Source: an uncultured Caulobacterales bacterium (lineage in GTDB: Bacteria > Pseudomonadota > Alphaproteobacteria > Caulobacterales > Caulobacteraceae). Taken from it: a stretch of DNA of 64,000 bases. Location of the stretch: positions 2,707 to 66,706 of the forward strand of contig CAIOJR010000217.1 in the NCBI GenBank assembly GCA_903858685.1, in the 5' to 3' direction. A program made the translations under genes and the position numbers. This document shows positions 17,854-27,868 of this stretch, piece by piece. Numbering within the stretch: position 1 is the first letter of the stretch; the number at the start of each line of letters is the position of its first letter. Under the pieces are notes generated by a model. It saw only the letters and a list, made by a program, of their open reading frames with translations. It was not told where the DNA came from and made no database searches.

Positions 17854-19353
17854 TCAGTGAAGAAATATCGGGTTAGTGATCAGGCTCAGCCGGTCATGCG
17901 CATCATAAACCTTGAGATAAATGTATCGGGCGCCGGGTGTGGTGATGACCATCGCCTGACGTTGGTCATCCTCGGTCAGGCGCGGAGACAACGCGTCACT
18001 CGCCAAGCTCTTTCCGTCCTGGACAAGCTCTGCGCGCCCCCCCGCCAGATGGGACACGGCGACCTGCAATCTCACCCTTCGCTGCCCCTGCATCTCCACC
18101 GTTCCTCCCATTGGAACAATCTGCCCGGTTGAGCTGACGGCGGATAAGTCGGCGACCCGATCGCGGCTGCCAATGATGTCGATAAACACCCTCCCCGCCT
18201 TGACGCCCTGGAGTATGGCGCGCTCGGACAGGTTTTCGGCAAACACGACAGTGCTCGGATAGCCGATGCTCCCCGGTTCGTCGGGGGAGAGTTCAGGCGT
18301 GTGATTGTCGCTACCCCCCACTGCCGTAATATGCAGACCACGCCCCAAAAGGCTCTCCCACAAGCCCCAGCCGGATAATGGCCCCTCTGCGCGGCCGGTG
18401 GCGCGCATCGACCCGCCATTGACGACTTCCATGGCGTCGACGGACGTCCAATCGAAGTCAGGCGCGGTCCAGCCGCATCCCATACAGACCTCTCCGGAGG
18501 GATTGGTCGGGTGATTGACGCTGAACAGGGCGCCCAGGGCGTGCACTGCGCGGATCATGTCCTCGGCGCGGTTCACATGCTCGCCGTCCACCCGAAAATC
18601 CACCGGATCAACAAGGCCGATGGCGTTTCCATGACCGTGGAAGGTGGTCAGTTCGCTTCCCGGTATCAGCAGGGTCTGATCGTAATAGGCCTGCAACGCC
18701 CGCAGGTCCTGGGCCTGGCTGACGGTGTTATGATCGCTGACCACAATGAAATCGAGACCGCGGGCCTGCGCCGCCTCGACGGTCCGGAAGGTGGGACAGG
18801 GCACGGTGCGACCGGATCGGGAGGGACAATGCCCATCACTGTGGCCCGTATGCATATGCAGATCGCCGCGATACCAGCCCGGCCCTGACCTCAGCGGCGC
18901 ATTGCTGAAATGCGACGAGGCGGGTGTGGCGCCTACCTTTCCGAACCCTATGGTCGCGCGATAATGAGTCACCACGCCCTTGCGGATATTGGGCACGCCC
19001 ATGACCAATCGCCATGTGCCGGCCGGTATCGGTCCGGGCAGATAGGAGGGCGTGGCATCGGCGCGCCCGACCGTCATTTCCTGCTTCTCGCCGCCGCTCC
19101 AACCGCGAAAGCGATCAGGGTCTCTCAGGCCAAGATCGATCGTCGTGCGCTGCGCCGCACCGTCCTGTTCGAACCGGACCGTCACCCGGTCAACCCCCGC
19201 CGGGACGATGAAAGGACGCTCCAGATAGTGATTCAGGTCGCCCTCGCGCACCTCGCCGGTCAGCACAATTTCCCAAGGCGCGGTCGCCGTCATCGGCGCG
19301 GCTTCGGCTGCGCCAAGCGCAAAGGCCATCAACATGGCGAATACAGGCATCAC
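17854..19353 (-). CDS. Secreted PHP-domain metallohydrolase (CehA/McbA-like)
   Basis: 499 aa with signal peptide MMPVFAMLMAFALGAAEA. Metal-binding motifs are HMHTGHSDGH, VVSDHN and VNHP. A beta-rich C-terminal domain follows. Confidence 0.7.
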   Translation of the reverse strand: MMPVFAMLMAFALGAAEAAPMTATAPWEIVLTGEVREGDLNHYLERPFIVPAGVDRVTVRFEQDGAAQRTTIDLGLRDPDRFRGWSGGEKQEMTVGRADATPSYLPGPIPAGTWRLVMGVPNIRKGVVTHYRATIGFGKVGATPASSHFSNAPLRSGPGWYRGDLHMHTGHSDGHCPSRSGRTVPCPTFRTVEAAQARGLDFIVVSDHNTVSQAQDLRALQAYYDQTLLIPGSELTTFHGHGNAIGLVDPVDFRVDGEHVNRAEDMIRAVHALGALFSVNHPTNPSGEVCMGCGWTAPDFDWTSVDAMEVVNGGSMRATGRAEGPLSGWGLWESLLGRGLHITAVGGSDNHTPELSPDEPGSIGYPSTVVFAENLSERAILQGVKAGRVFIDIIGSRDRVADLSAVSSTGQIVPMGGTVEMQGQRRVRLQVAVSHLAGGRAELVQDGKSLASDALSPRLTEDDQRQAMVITTPGARYIYLKVYDAHDRLSLITNPIFLH

Positions 19354-19414
19354 TTCACCTCAACCCTATAGGCGGACCGCATCAGGGGGAAGGATGCGGC
19401 CCGCCCGATCAGGA

Positions 19415-22144
19415 TCAGAACTTGTAAAGCAAAGACGCCTTCAAGGTCCGCCCGACAATCGACCTGGCTATAAAGACAGGCGCGCCCGACTGTGAGGACA
19501 AAAGTTCCCCCGAGCGCGGATTGCCCTCGGTGAAGCCAATCTCGTTGGTCAGGTTGTAGCCGTTGACATACAGGGTCAGGTCCGGTGCGAACCGGTAGCG
19601 CACCGACGCATTCAAAACGGTGTATTCCGGCAGCTTCTGAGTGTTCGCTGCGTCGGCGTAGCGGCTGCTGTAATATTCAACCGACACTTCTGCGCGCAGG
19701 CGGTCATTCAGAAGATTTACGGCAGGGCTGATGCTGAAGTTCGTTTTCGGCACGCGGAGCAGTTGTTTTCCGTTCAGGTCCATGGTGGTCAGGCTGGCGC
19801 CAGACAGGACCGTATATTTGAGCGAAGTAAACTCAGGCTGCTGCACCGTGCCGGCGAAGCCGACGTCAAACCAGCTCAGCGGCCGGATATCGCCATCCAG
19901 CTCCACGCCATAGTCGCGCGTATCGGCAAAATAGTTCTGGCTGACATAGCCGCTGGTCGCCGGATTATAGACGGTCTGGGAGACGCCGTAATTATGATAT
20001 TCGGTGTCAAATAGCGTGACATAGGCGTCCAGCCACGGGCGGCTGAGCTTGTAGCCCAATTCGAACATGTCGGTGTGATTGATCACCGGCAGCGTCACAG
20101 GGCTGGGGTTGGTGTTGGTGAGGAAGTCCGACAGACTGGGCATCCGCGCCGCGCTGGTATAGCGGGCGAAAACGCCCTGCGCCGCGTCCAGTTGGTAATT
20201 GGTCCCCACCGTCCAGGTCAGGGTAGAATAGGTCTTGTTCCACGGGATGAAGAGACCAGACCCGGTGAGATAGGACTTGTCCGCCGCAGTCGCGGTCTGC
20301 CCCAGATTTGTGGTCGCGGAAGTTTCAGCAGACGCCGTGGCGTTCATCTGCTCCTGTCGAAGTCCGAAATCGATCCTAAGCCTGTCGCTCACCTGCCACT
20401 CGTCAGCGCCATAGATGGCCATGGTGCGCTGGTTGCCGGAGCCGTTGGCGAATTCCGAGCCATAGCGAAGCACGCCATTGTCCGTCACCGAACCAATGAC
20501 AGCGTTGCTGGCGTTCAGCGCGACAATGTTCATCAGTCTGGCGTGGTTGGTCACGTCCATCGCCAAAACGGCGGCGTAACGAACAAAGCTTTCGCCCGCG
20601 CTCATATAATAACCGCCGACCGTTATGTCGTGGGTCTGGCCGCCGATGTTGAACTTGCGCGAGAAGCGCAGATCATTCATCAGCTCATGTTCGCTGACAT
20701 TGATGTCTCTGGCGCTGTTTTCCAGCTCCAGACCATTGGCGGTTGGCGGGGTGGTGAAGGTCTGGCCGGGGGCGTCGACATAGCTATAGGCCAGGCTGGT
20801 CGCCGCCGGGAACAGGGCCTTTGCCGAGCCCAGAAGCTGGGTCAATCGCAGGGCTCCGGCAGTGACCGAGGCCGGGAACAGGCCGATCCGCACCTGATCG
20901 GTGGTGCGATAGCGCAGCCGCTCATCCATGTGCCAGCCATTGGCCAGATCCTGAACCAGATGCACCGTCGCCTGATCGAGCTTCACCGTCGTGCCGCTGG
21001 TCAGATCGTAGTTGAGCGGGCCGTTCAGCGTGCGCAGGTCCAGGCGCTGGGTCTCAGGGCCGCTCAGAATGCCCGACGTCGCGTTCAGGCCGGGAACGCC
21101 AGTGATGCCGCCGCCGCTGACCATATAGGGCTGGCCGAGATAGAAGCCGACATGGTCGTCAATGTGCTTGACGTCCAGATCGATGGTTCCGTGACCAACA
21201 TCATGGCCCACGGACAGGCGGACCTGCCCGCCGTCGTTGAAATTGAAGCCCGGATCACGGGTTCCGCGCTCGACGCGGTAAAAGCCGCCCATGGCCACGC
21301 GCCAGTCGCCGACCGGACCGCCGTACCAGAAGTCGGTGCGATACAGACCATCATCGCCGATGCTGACCTTGGCCAGACCTTCAGCCTCGGCGCCCGCCTT
21401 GCGGGTGATATAGTTCACCAGACCGCCCGGCGCGTTTGAAGAGAAGACAGAGGACGGGCCGCCGCGCACGACCTGAATCTGGCTGATCGTTTCATCCAGA
21501 CGGAAGGACTGGTCCGCGTTGAGATAGCCAAGGCCGGGATCATGCTGGATCGGCATGCCGTCCTCAGCCAGCTGGACCGACGCAAAACCGTCCACGGGAA
21601 TGCCGCGAGCCCGAACATTGGCGCTGGCTTCGCCACCGGAGTTTTCCACCCAGAAGCCCGGAATGTTGCGCAAGGTGTCGGCAACGCTGCTGACGCCCGT
21701 TTCACGAAGGCGCTCCATCGGAACAACGCTGATGGAATAGCTGGTGTCGGCGCGCGTGCGCAGTTCGGCGCCAACCCGACCGGTCACCACCACGGTCTCG
21801 ACCGAGGTCGCGCTGTCAGCGCCCTCTTTGCGCACCACCGAATAGGTGGCGTCTCCGGTCTCGCGCGCTTCCAGACCGGTGCCGGCCAGCAGAATCCGCA
21901 AACCGTTGCGCACATCATATTGACCACGGACCGCACGGGTGCGGCGATTGGCGGCGGCGTCGCCTGAAATCAGGATCTGGAGGTTGGCTTGTCGCGCAAA
22001 CTCGGCCACGCCGGTGGACGCCGCCTGTTCTGGCACGTTGAAATCATGCGACTGGGCGAAGGCTGGCGACGACAGGGCCGCCACAGACAGGGCCGTCCCG
22101 GCCAGGATTTGCAGTCGCAGATTGCGACCAGATAGCGAGTTCAT
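19415..22144 (-). CDS. TonB-dependent transducer with an N-terminal STN signalling domain (FecA type)
   Basis: 909 aa. After the signal peptide comes an STN-like segment (FNVPEQAASTGVAEFARQANLQILISGD...GLRILLAGTGLEA), then a TonB box/plug (VETVVVTGR) and a barrel ending in LLYKF. Confidence 0.9.
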   Translation of the reverse strand: MNSLSGRNLRLQILAGTALSVAALSSPAFAQSHDFNVPEQAASTGVAEFARQANLQILISGDAAANRRTRAVRGQYDVRNGLRILLAGTGLEARETGDATYSVVRKEGADSATSVETVVVTGRVGAELRTRADTSYSISVVPMERLRETGVSSVADTLRNIPGFWVENSGGEASANVRARGIPVDGFASVQLAEDGMPIQHDPGLGYLNADQSFRLDETISQIQVVRGGPSSVFSSNAPGGLVNYITRKAGAEAEGLAKVSIGDDGLYRTDFWYGGPVGDWRVAMGGFYRVERGTRDPGFNFNDGGQVRLSVGHDVGHGTIDLDVKHIDDHVGFYLGQPYMVSGGGITGVPGLNATSGILSGPETQRLDLRTLNGPLNYDLTSGTTVKLDQATVHLVQDLANGWHMDERLRYRTTDQVRIGLFPASVTAGALRLTQLLGSAKALFPAATSLAYSYVDAPGQTFTTPPTANGLELENSARDINVSEHELMNDLRFSRKFNIGGQTHDITVGGYYMSAGESFVRYAAVLAMDVTNHARLMNIVALNASNAVIGSVTDNGVLRYGSEFANGSGNQRTMAIYGADEWQVSDRLRIDFGLRQEQMNATASAETSATTNLGQTATAADKSYLTGSGLFIPWNKTYSTLTWTVGTNYQLDAAQGVFARYTSAARMPSLSDFLTNTNPSPVTLPVINHTDMFELGYKLSRPWLDAYVTLFDTEYHNYGVSQTVYNPATSGYVSQNYFADTRDYGVELDGDIRPLSWFDVGFAGTVQQPEFTSLKYTVLSGASLTTMDLNGKQLLRVPKTNFSISPAVNLLNDRLRAEVSVEYYSSRYADAANTQKLPEYTVLNASVRYRFAPDLTLYVNGYNLTNEIGFTEGNPRSGELLSSQSGAPVFIARSIVGRTLKASLLYKF

Positions 22145-22284
22145 CAGCGGATCCCCACAAGCAAGCGCGACGTTCGCGCCTTCCTGATGGTTAAGACGGG
22201 CGGGGCCACCCGATCCTTATGAAATATTTATGAATACTATCCGCGTACGTTTAAACATAATCCGAACACGAATTATATGGTTTC

Positions 22285-23265
22285 TCACCCGCCAATGATG
22301 ATCAGACTATTTGACGTACTTATCTGGGCATTCAGACTGTAATGGATGGCCCTCGAAAATCCGTCCGGATCGTCCACCCGGAATATCCCATACAACTTTC
22401 TCGAATTCAGCTCCGGTTGAGCCACATAGATCTGCCGGGCATTGTATCGGTTGAACTCCTCGACCGCCTCAGCAAGCGTCTCTCCCGCCAGATCGATCCG
22501 CCCAGATCGCCAGGCCAGTCGCCGGTCCAGTTCAGACGGCGCGGTGTCCAGTTGCTTGATCGGCGAGGTCTCCGCCACCATCGCCTTCTGGCCGGCAGAC
22601 AGGCGGATCCGGTTTGCCTCACGCCCCACAAGCCACGCCTCGACCACGCCTTCCGTCACCAATATTTCGACGCCCAGATCACGCTGGCGCACAGAAAAAG
22701 CGGTGCCGACCGCGCGCACGCGTACAGACCCGACCTCGACGATAAAGGGACGCGCAGGGTCCCTCTGGACCTGAAACCACGCCTCGCCGCTGGACATCTT
22801 CAACCGGCGCTCATGCGGGCGCATCGCCACCCTGACACGGCTCTGGGTGTTGAGCAGCATGGTCGAGCCGTCGGGCAGGGGCACATGCCGCACCTCCCCC
22901 CGCGCCGTCGAAATCGCGCCGCCCTCATTGGCCTGCCAGACCAGACCCGCCGCGCACGCCGCGATCAGAGCGCCGCCGCCGCCAATCCAGGCCCGGCGCG
23001 CTGGCCGGCGCAATTCCCGTTCCGGGCCCGGCGAAACCCGTCCTGTGACATCGTTAATCTCAGGCTGCGCGTCGATCCGACTGGCGCGGTCGAGCGATTG
23101 CCAGATGGCCTGCGCGCGCAGAAACGCGCCCTGACGACGGGTGTCGACAGCCAGCCATTGCTCAAGTTCCGCCTGCAGGTCAGACGTTAGGTCAAGGCGA
23201 TCCAGCCGCGCGACCCAGGCGAACGCAGCATCATCAATCTCTTCTGCGGTCTCGCCTCTTCTCAT
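22285..23265 (-). CDS. FecR-family anti-sigma factor
   Basis: 326 aa with an N-terminal anti-sigma segment (AAFAWVARLD), a single TM segment (AWIGGGGALIAACAAGLVW) and a periplasmic FecR domain. It sits directly downstream of the ECF sigma gene. Confidence 0.85.
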   Translation of the reverse strand: MRRGETAEEIDDAAFAWVARLDRLDLTSDLQAELEQWLAVDTRRQGAFLRAQAIWQSLDRASRIDAQPEINDVTGRVSPGPERELRRPARRAWIGGGGALIAACAAGLVWQANEGGAISTARGEVRHVPLPDGSTMLLNTQSRVRVAMRPHERRLKMSSGEAWFQVQRDPARPFIVEVGSVRVRAVGTAFSVRQRDLGVEILVTEGVVEAWLVGREANRIRLSAGQKAMVAETSPIKQLDTAPSELDRRLAWRSGRIDLAGETLAEAVEEFNRYNARQIYVAQPELNSRKLYGIFRVDDPDGFSRAIHYSLNAQISTSNSLIIIGG

Positions 23266-23854
23266 CGTCTTTCTTCACGGCTAACGCCAAATTACGATCC
23301 GGCCCCTCACGCAGAGCCCTGGATATGATCCTCATCCCCTTGGCCACGTCATTTTCGACGATGGTTTCCGTCACTCCAAGCTTTGCGGCGATCTCCTTCT
23401 GAGACAAGCCCTCGATCTTGCGCAACTGAAAGACGCTTCGGCACCGGTCTGGCAATTGCGAGATCAGCAACATCACCTCGGCAAGCTCCCGGCGGGCGGC
23501 GACGATCCGCTCGGACGAAGGCTCGTCTGTTATGACGGGCAGCGCCTCAATTTCCGTAACAGTTTCTATCCGAACCACTCTCGCCTGACGCATTTTATCG
23601 ACGATAAGGCTGCGGATGATCTGGAAGAAATAGGCCTGTGGCTGTGTGATGTGATCCAGCGAAGCCATTGCGGCGAAGCGGCAATAGGCCTCCTGCACCA
23701 GATCATCTATCTGATCATGTGGCAAACGCGAGCGCGCCAGCCATCTGCGCACGCCTGGCTCGTGCGGCATGATGCGGCTGGCCACCCACGCCACTCGCCT
23801 CGCGCGATCTGCGTCCACCTGTCCCGCGCCCTCGCCCGACCCCAAATCGACCAT
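23234..23854 (-). CDS. ECF (FecI-type) RNA polymerase sigma factor
   Basis: 206 aa with region 2 (DDLVQEAYCRF) and region 4 HTH (LSQKEIAAKLGVTETIVENDVAKG). It overlaps the fecR-like start by 32 nt. A shorter start at 23770 is possible. Confidence 0.85.
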   Translation of the reverse strand: MVDLGSGEGAGQVDADRARRVAWVASRIMPHEPGVRRWLARSRLPHDQIDDLVQEAYCRFAAMASLDHITQPQAYFFQIIRSLIVDKMRQARVVRIETVTEIEALPVITDEPSSERIVAARRELAEVMLLISQLPDRCRSVFQLRKIEGLSQKEIAAKLGVTETIVENDVAKGMRIISRALREGPDRNLALAVKKDDEKRRDRRRD

Positions 23855-24223
23855 TGGCCGATCTTCCTATAGGTCGAGGCGACAGCGAACTAGCGCGGGG
23901 CTGTCATAATCGAATGAACAGGATTGTCCGGACGAACATCGTGGCGCTGGACAGGGTGTCGTTAGGCGTTGGCGGGGAGAACGCGCCGAAGCCCGGGGGG
24001 CCTTCCTTGGCGATGAGAGTCTAATTGGGGGCGCCAGGGCAAATGTGCAGGGATGCGCTCGCCGCCCACCGAAGACGCTTTTCAACTGAATGGTTAAATT
24101 TCATGAAACTGTTGCGTCCCTGACATTTGCCTGAAGCTGGACAAAGATCTCTTGGTCCTGGGCAAGCCCTGCCTCGGTGGGAAACCAGTAGAGCGAGGGC
24201 TCAATCGGGATTTGGGGGCTTTG

Positions 24224-27200
24224 ATGTCTAGATATCTCATGGCGAATTCTGCCGCATTAGGCGTTATCGCGGTCGCACTCTGTGCGCCTGCAGCCTTTGC
24301 GCAACAGACAACTGCATCGTTGCGCGGGGTTGCTGTCGACGAGGCTGGAGCCCCCATAGCGGGCGCTACGGTAACGGTCATCCACACGCCGTCCGGCACC
24401 AAGTCCAGCCTGGTCACCGACGCCGCCGGTGTCTTCGACGCGCGCGGGCTTCGGGTCGGGGGGCCTTACAAGGTTATTGGCAAGGCCGCGAAGTTCGCAG
24501 ACCAGACCCTGACGGATATCTATCTGACTGTGGGCGATGCTGGCCGTGTCACCTTGAATTTCTCGGCTGCAACTGAAGTCTCGGCCGTCGTGGTCACGGG
24601 CAAGAAAAAGTCCTTCGCCGACCTTGCCAATGTGGGATCGCGCACCACGCTGAAAAGCGCTGATATTGAAGAAGTCGTGACGGTGAAACGCGACATTCGC
24701 GACGTCGCACGACGTGATCCACTGGCCCAGCTCGATTTCGTGGCGCGTGGCACCGGTCCGTCTGGCGGTCTCTATATCGCTGGTTCATCCCCGCGCCGCA
24801 ACCGGATCACCATTGACGGCGTCCGTTCTCAGGACGACTTTGGCCTCAATACCGGCGGCCTTTCCACGAACCGCGGCCCGGTCTCTCTGGAAGCTGTCGA
24901 GCAAATCGCTGTGCAGGCGACGCCCTTCGACGTGGAGGACGGCGATTTTACCGGCGGCGCCCTGAACATGATTCTGAAGTCGGGGGGCAACGATTTTCAC
25001 GGGTCGGTCTTTGACCTCTATCGCACCCCTCGCCTGATCGGCAATCGGGTTCCCCAGTTCTCAACCGTCACCAATGCCGACGGTACGATCAGCCTGCAAC
25101 AGTCCACAGCGACGGTGAAGAATTACGTCCACGACCAGAACTATGGCGCATTTCTTTCGGGTCCCATCATACGCGACCGACTATTCTTCGCCGTGTCATA
25201 CGAAAAATATTCAAGCTACGATGTCACGGCAGCCGGCCCGGCGGGCCAGGGGTACGGAACCCTCTTCAATCCGCTGGGCCTGTCCACGGGACCGAACGCC
25301 ACGGCCGCCGACATCAATTCGGTATTGTCCAACTGGACCAAATATGCCGCCTCAAGCAAGCTGTCACCCGGACAGGATGACCTCGTAAAGCCGGTCCTGG
25401 ACGAGAAATCGTCGGTAAAAATCGACTACAACATCACCGACACACAGCGCCTGACCGCCAGCTACCGGCATGCCTATTCATCCGTCTGGAAGCGCAGCCC
25501 CTCCGCCACAGGCATCAGCCTTGACTCCAACTGGTATGCCCAGCCGGAAAACGAAGACAACTACGCTCTGCAGTTAAACTCCAAGTGGTCTCCCGACCTG
25601 ACCACCGAAGCCCGCGTCTCCTATCGTGGCTACCAGCGGGGACAGAACCCGCCGGAGGGGCAAGGCTTCGCCAATTTCAGCATATGCACCGACAATCTGA
25701 GCACGGGCAGCCTCACCTCGTGCAGCAGCGGGCGCCCTTCGATATCCTTTGGTCCTGACCAGTTCCGGCAGGCGAATATCCTCAAGACGACGGACCTGGC
25801 GGGATCCTTTACCGCCGACTACCGGTTCCTGGACACTCACCAACTGAAGCTCGGCTATCAGTTCAAAGGCATCCACATCTACGATCTGTTTGTTCAGAAC
25901 GCCCAAGGGTCCTACTATTTCGACAGTGTCGCCGATTTCGCTGCGGGTCTGGCGAACTCATATTCTTACGGCAACGCGCTAACAGGCACACCGTCGGACG
26001 CCGCCGAACGGTTTTCCTACAATGTGCAGACGCTGTTCGCGCAGGATACCTGGGACATCTCGCCGGAGCTGACCGTCAATTACGGTCTGCGCTATGATTT
26101 CTATGCGGAAGACACCAAACCGACACTCAACACGAATTTCGTCAATCGCTACGGATATAGCAACCAAACAACCTATGACGGCATCGACATCCTCATGCCG
26201 CGCCTTTCCGCCAAATGGCGCACCTACTGGTTTGAGTTGTCAGGCGGCATCGGCCTCGTGTCGGGCGGTATTCCGGACGTGTTCATCGGCAACAGCTACG
26301 GGGCTCAGACCGGCGCGTTGAACAACAGCTTTACCGTCATCCGCACTGGCCTCAACGCCTATAAGAACTCGTCAACGGGCACGGTGCTTGATCCGACGAC
26401 TGGCGCAGCATTGTTGAACCTGAATCTGGCGGACCCGACCTTCGTGTCGACCCCATCGGCGACGGCTCAGTCTCTCGTCTCCGCGCCCAGCGCGACCCAG
26501 AGGCTCGCCTTCACCAACTCGATCGCACCCGGCTTTGACATGCCCGCAGACTGGAAAGCGAACCTTTCCTTCAAGACCAGCAAGTGGAACTGGGACTTCG
26601 GCATCGATGCGGTGGCCACAATGTCTGACACCAACATCGCGTTCCGCGATATTCGCGCCAGACTCCTGACGGTCAACGGCGTCCAGCAATATACGCCCGA
26701 CGGTCGGATCCGGTACGATGGTCTTCAGATCGCCGGCGCGGCGCCAGCAACCGTCACAGCCAACCGCGCACTTCTGGGTCTTCCGACCTCGACAAATCCT
26801 GATCTGGCCAATATCGGCTCAAACGGCGACATCCAGGCCTATAATCCCAGCGAACAGAACTGGAATTCCACCGTCGCCCTCTCCGCGGGCACAAGATGGC
26901 GCGGTCTCGACTTTTTCGCCGCCTATGTCTTCCAGAATGGAACAAGCTATGGCGGGATTTCGGAATTCGGCACCACCGAGGGCGGAAACAGTTCAAGCGG
27001 AAACTATTACGCCGATCAGGTCTCAAAAAATGACCCCAACACATCGGTCAAGGGACTTTCTGGGAACGTCATCAAACAGGCGCTCAAGATTGAGCTCAGC
27101 TACAAGCATGAATTCATAAAGGGCTTTGAATCTCGCTTCACCCTGTTCGGCGAAAGCCGGGACGGGCGTCGGATCAACTTCCTCATGACCGACCCGTCGC

Positions 27201-27769
27201 TATCGAGCGGGCGCGGCCAAGTGTTTGGCGTGTATCGTGACGACCAGCTTCTCTACGTCCCGAACCTGGGCTCGCCCGATCCTACGAACCCGCTGAAGTT
27301 CACCAGTGCAAATGGAACCACTGTGTATTTCGCCAACACAACGGCGCTTCAGCAATTCCGATCGCTGGTCAATCAGTTCAACCTGCCGCAAGGCCAGATC
27401 ACGCCCAAAGGGTTTGGCCAGAACCCGCACATCAACCGGATTGATTTTCAATATGCCCAGGACATTCCGGGCCCGCTGCCTGGCCACAAGCTGCAATTCA
27501 CTGTGGATGTGACCAATCTGGGCAATCTCATCAACAAGCACTGGGGCGTGGTGAAGGAGTTTTCCAATAGTCGTGCAGGAACGTCGCTGGTCAATGTCTC
27601 CTGCGCCGACGTGGCGGGGGTCGCGCCGACTGCGGCCAATCCGGCCGTCTGCTCAAGCTATGTGTACAGCTACTCCACCGTGAGCGCTGCGACTGCGGCA
27701 AAACCCACAATCGTCGACACGACGGGCAGCCTCTGGTCCGTCGAACTTGGCTTGAAATACAAGTTCTAG
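24224..27769 (+). CDS. TonB-dependent receptor with an N-terminal carboxypeptidase-regulatory-like domain
   Basis: From ORF 24152..27769. The start is set at ATG 24224 (MSRYLMANSAALGVIAVALCAPAAFAQ). The segment SLRGVAVDEAGAPIAGATVTVIHTPSGT matches a CarboxypepD_reg fold. The protein ends in LGLKYKF. Confidence 0.9.
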   Translation: MSRYLMANSAALGVIAVALCAPAAFAQQTTASLRGVAVDEAGAPIAGATVTVIHTPSGTKSSLVTDAAGVFDARGLRVGGPYKVIGKAAKFADQTLTDIYLTVGDAGRVTLNFSAATEVSAVVVTGKKKSFADLANVGSRTTLKSADIEEVVTVKRDIRDVARRDPLAQLDFVARGTGPSGGLYIAGSSPRRNRITIDGVRSQDDFGLNTGGLSTNRGPVSLEAVEQIAVQATPFDVEDGDFTGGALNMILKSGGNDFHGSVFDLYRTPRLIGNRVPQFSTVTNADGTISLQQSTATVKNYVHDQNYGAFLSGPIIRDRLFFAVSYEKYSSYDVTAAGPAGQGYGTLFNPLGLSTGPNATAADINSVLSNWTKYAASSKLSPGQDDLVKPVLDEKSSVKIDYNITDTQRLTASYRHAYSSVWKRSPSATGISLDSNWYAQPENEDNYALQLNSKWSPDLTTEARVSYRGYQRGQNPPEGQGFANFSICTDNLSTGSLTSCSSGRPSISFGPDQFRQANILKTTDLAGSFTADYRFLDTHQLKLGYQFKGIHIYDLFVQNAQGSYYFDSVADFAAGLANSYSYGNALTGTPSDAAERFSYNVQTLFAQDTWDISPELTVNYGLRYDFYAEDTKPTLNTNFVNRYGYSNQTTYDGIDILMPRLSAKWRTYWFELSGGIGLVSGGIPDVFIGNSYGAQTGALNNSFTVIRTGLNAYKNSSTGTVLDPTTGAALLNLNLADPTFVSTPSATAQSLVSAPSATQRLAFTNSIAPGFDMPADWKANLSFKTSKWNWDFGIDAVATMSDTNIAFRDIRARLLTVNGVQQYTPDGRIRYDGLQIAGAAPATVTANRALLGLPTSTNPDLANIGSNGDIQAYNPSEQNWNSTVALSAGTRWRGLDFFAAYVFQNGTSYGGISEFGTTEGGNSSSGNYYADQVSKNDPNTSVKGLSGNVIKQALKIELSYKHEFIKGFESRFTLFGESRDGRRINFLMTDPSLSSGRGQVFGVYRDDQLLYVPNLGSPDPTNPLKFTSANGTTVYFANTTALQQFRSLVNQFNLPQGQITPKGFGQNPHINRIDFQYAQDIPGPLPGHKLQFTVDVTNLGNLINKHWGVVKEFSNSRAGTSLVNVSCADVAGVAPTAANPAVCSSYVYSYSTVSAATAAKPTIVDTTGSLWSVELGLKYKF

Positions 27770-27784
27770 ATCTGCCCGACGCCA

Positions 27785-27822
27785 GGCGTAGCGAAACGGC
27801 CATTCGGCCGCCTCGCTACGCC
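27785..27822. terminator. Bidirectional hairpin between convergent genes
   Basis: The outer stem is perfect over 10 bp (ggcgtagcga ... tcgctacgcc) and encloses an inner cggcc-attc-ggccg hairpin. It lies between the stop at 27769 (+) and the stop at 27869 (-). Confidence 0.55.
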
Positions 27823-27868
27823 ATCGCGACGGCGTGCTTGAGGGTCGCGGTCTGCCCACTCGGGCGAT

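Noticed and set aside
20075-21439. 454-aa plus-strand ORF
   Set aside because: It is antisense to the STN-type TonB transducer and has shadow-ORF composition. The same reasoning covers 13028..13948, 14683..15279, 22342..23190 and 16853..17602.
22169-22194. Possible ECF-type promoter (TTAACC-N15-CGTC on the minus strand) upstream of the STN transducer gene
   Set aside because: Only the AAC and CGT cores match the generic ECF pattern, and the site would leave a leader of about 15 nt. Without a known consensus for this sigma factor I cannot support it.
24099-24108. 10-bp palindrome TTTCATGAAA upstream of the third TonB receptor; I also looked here for a cobalamin or other riboswitch
   Set aside because: The palindrome is short and single-copy. 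I could recognise no riboswitch core sequences in the 370-nt leader.
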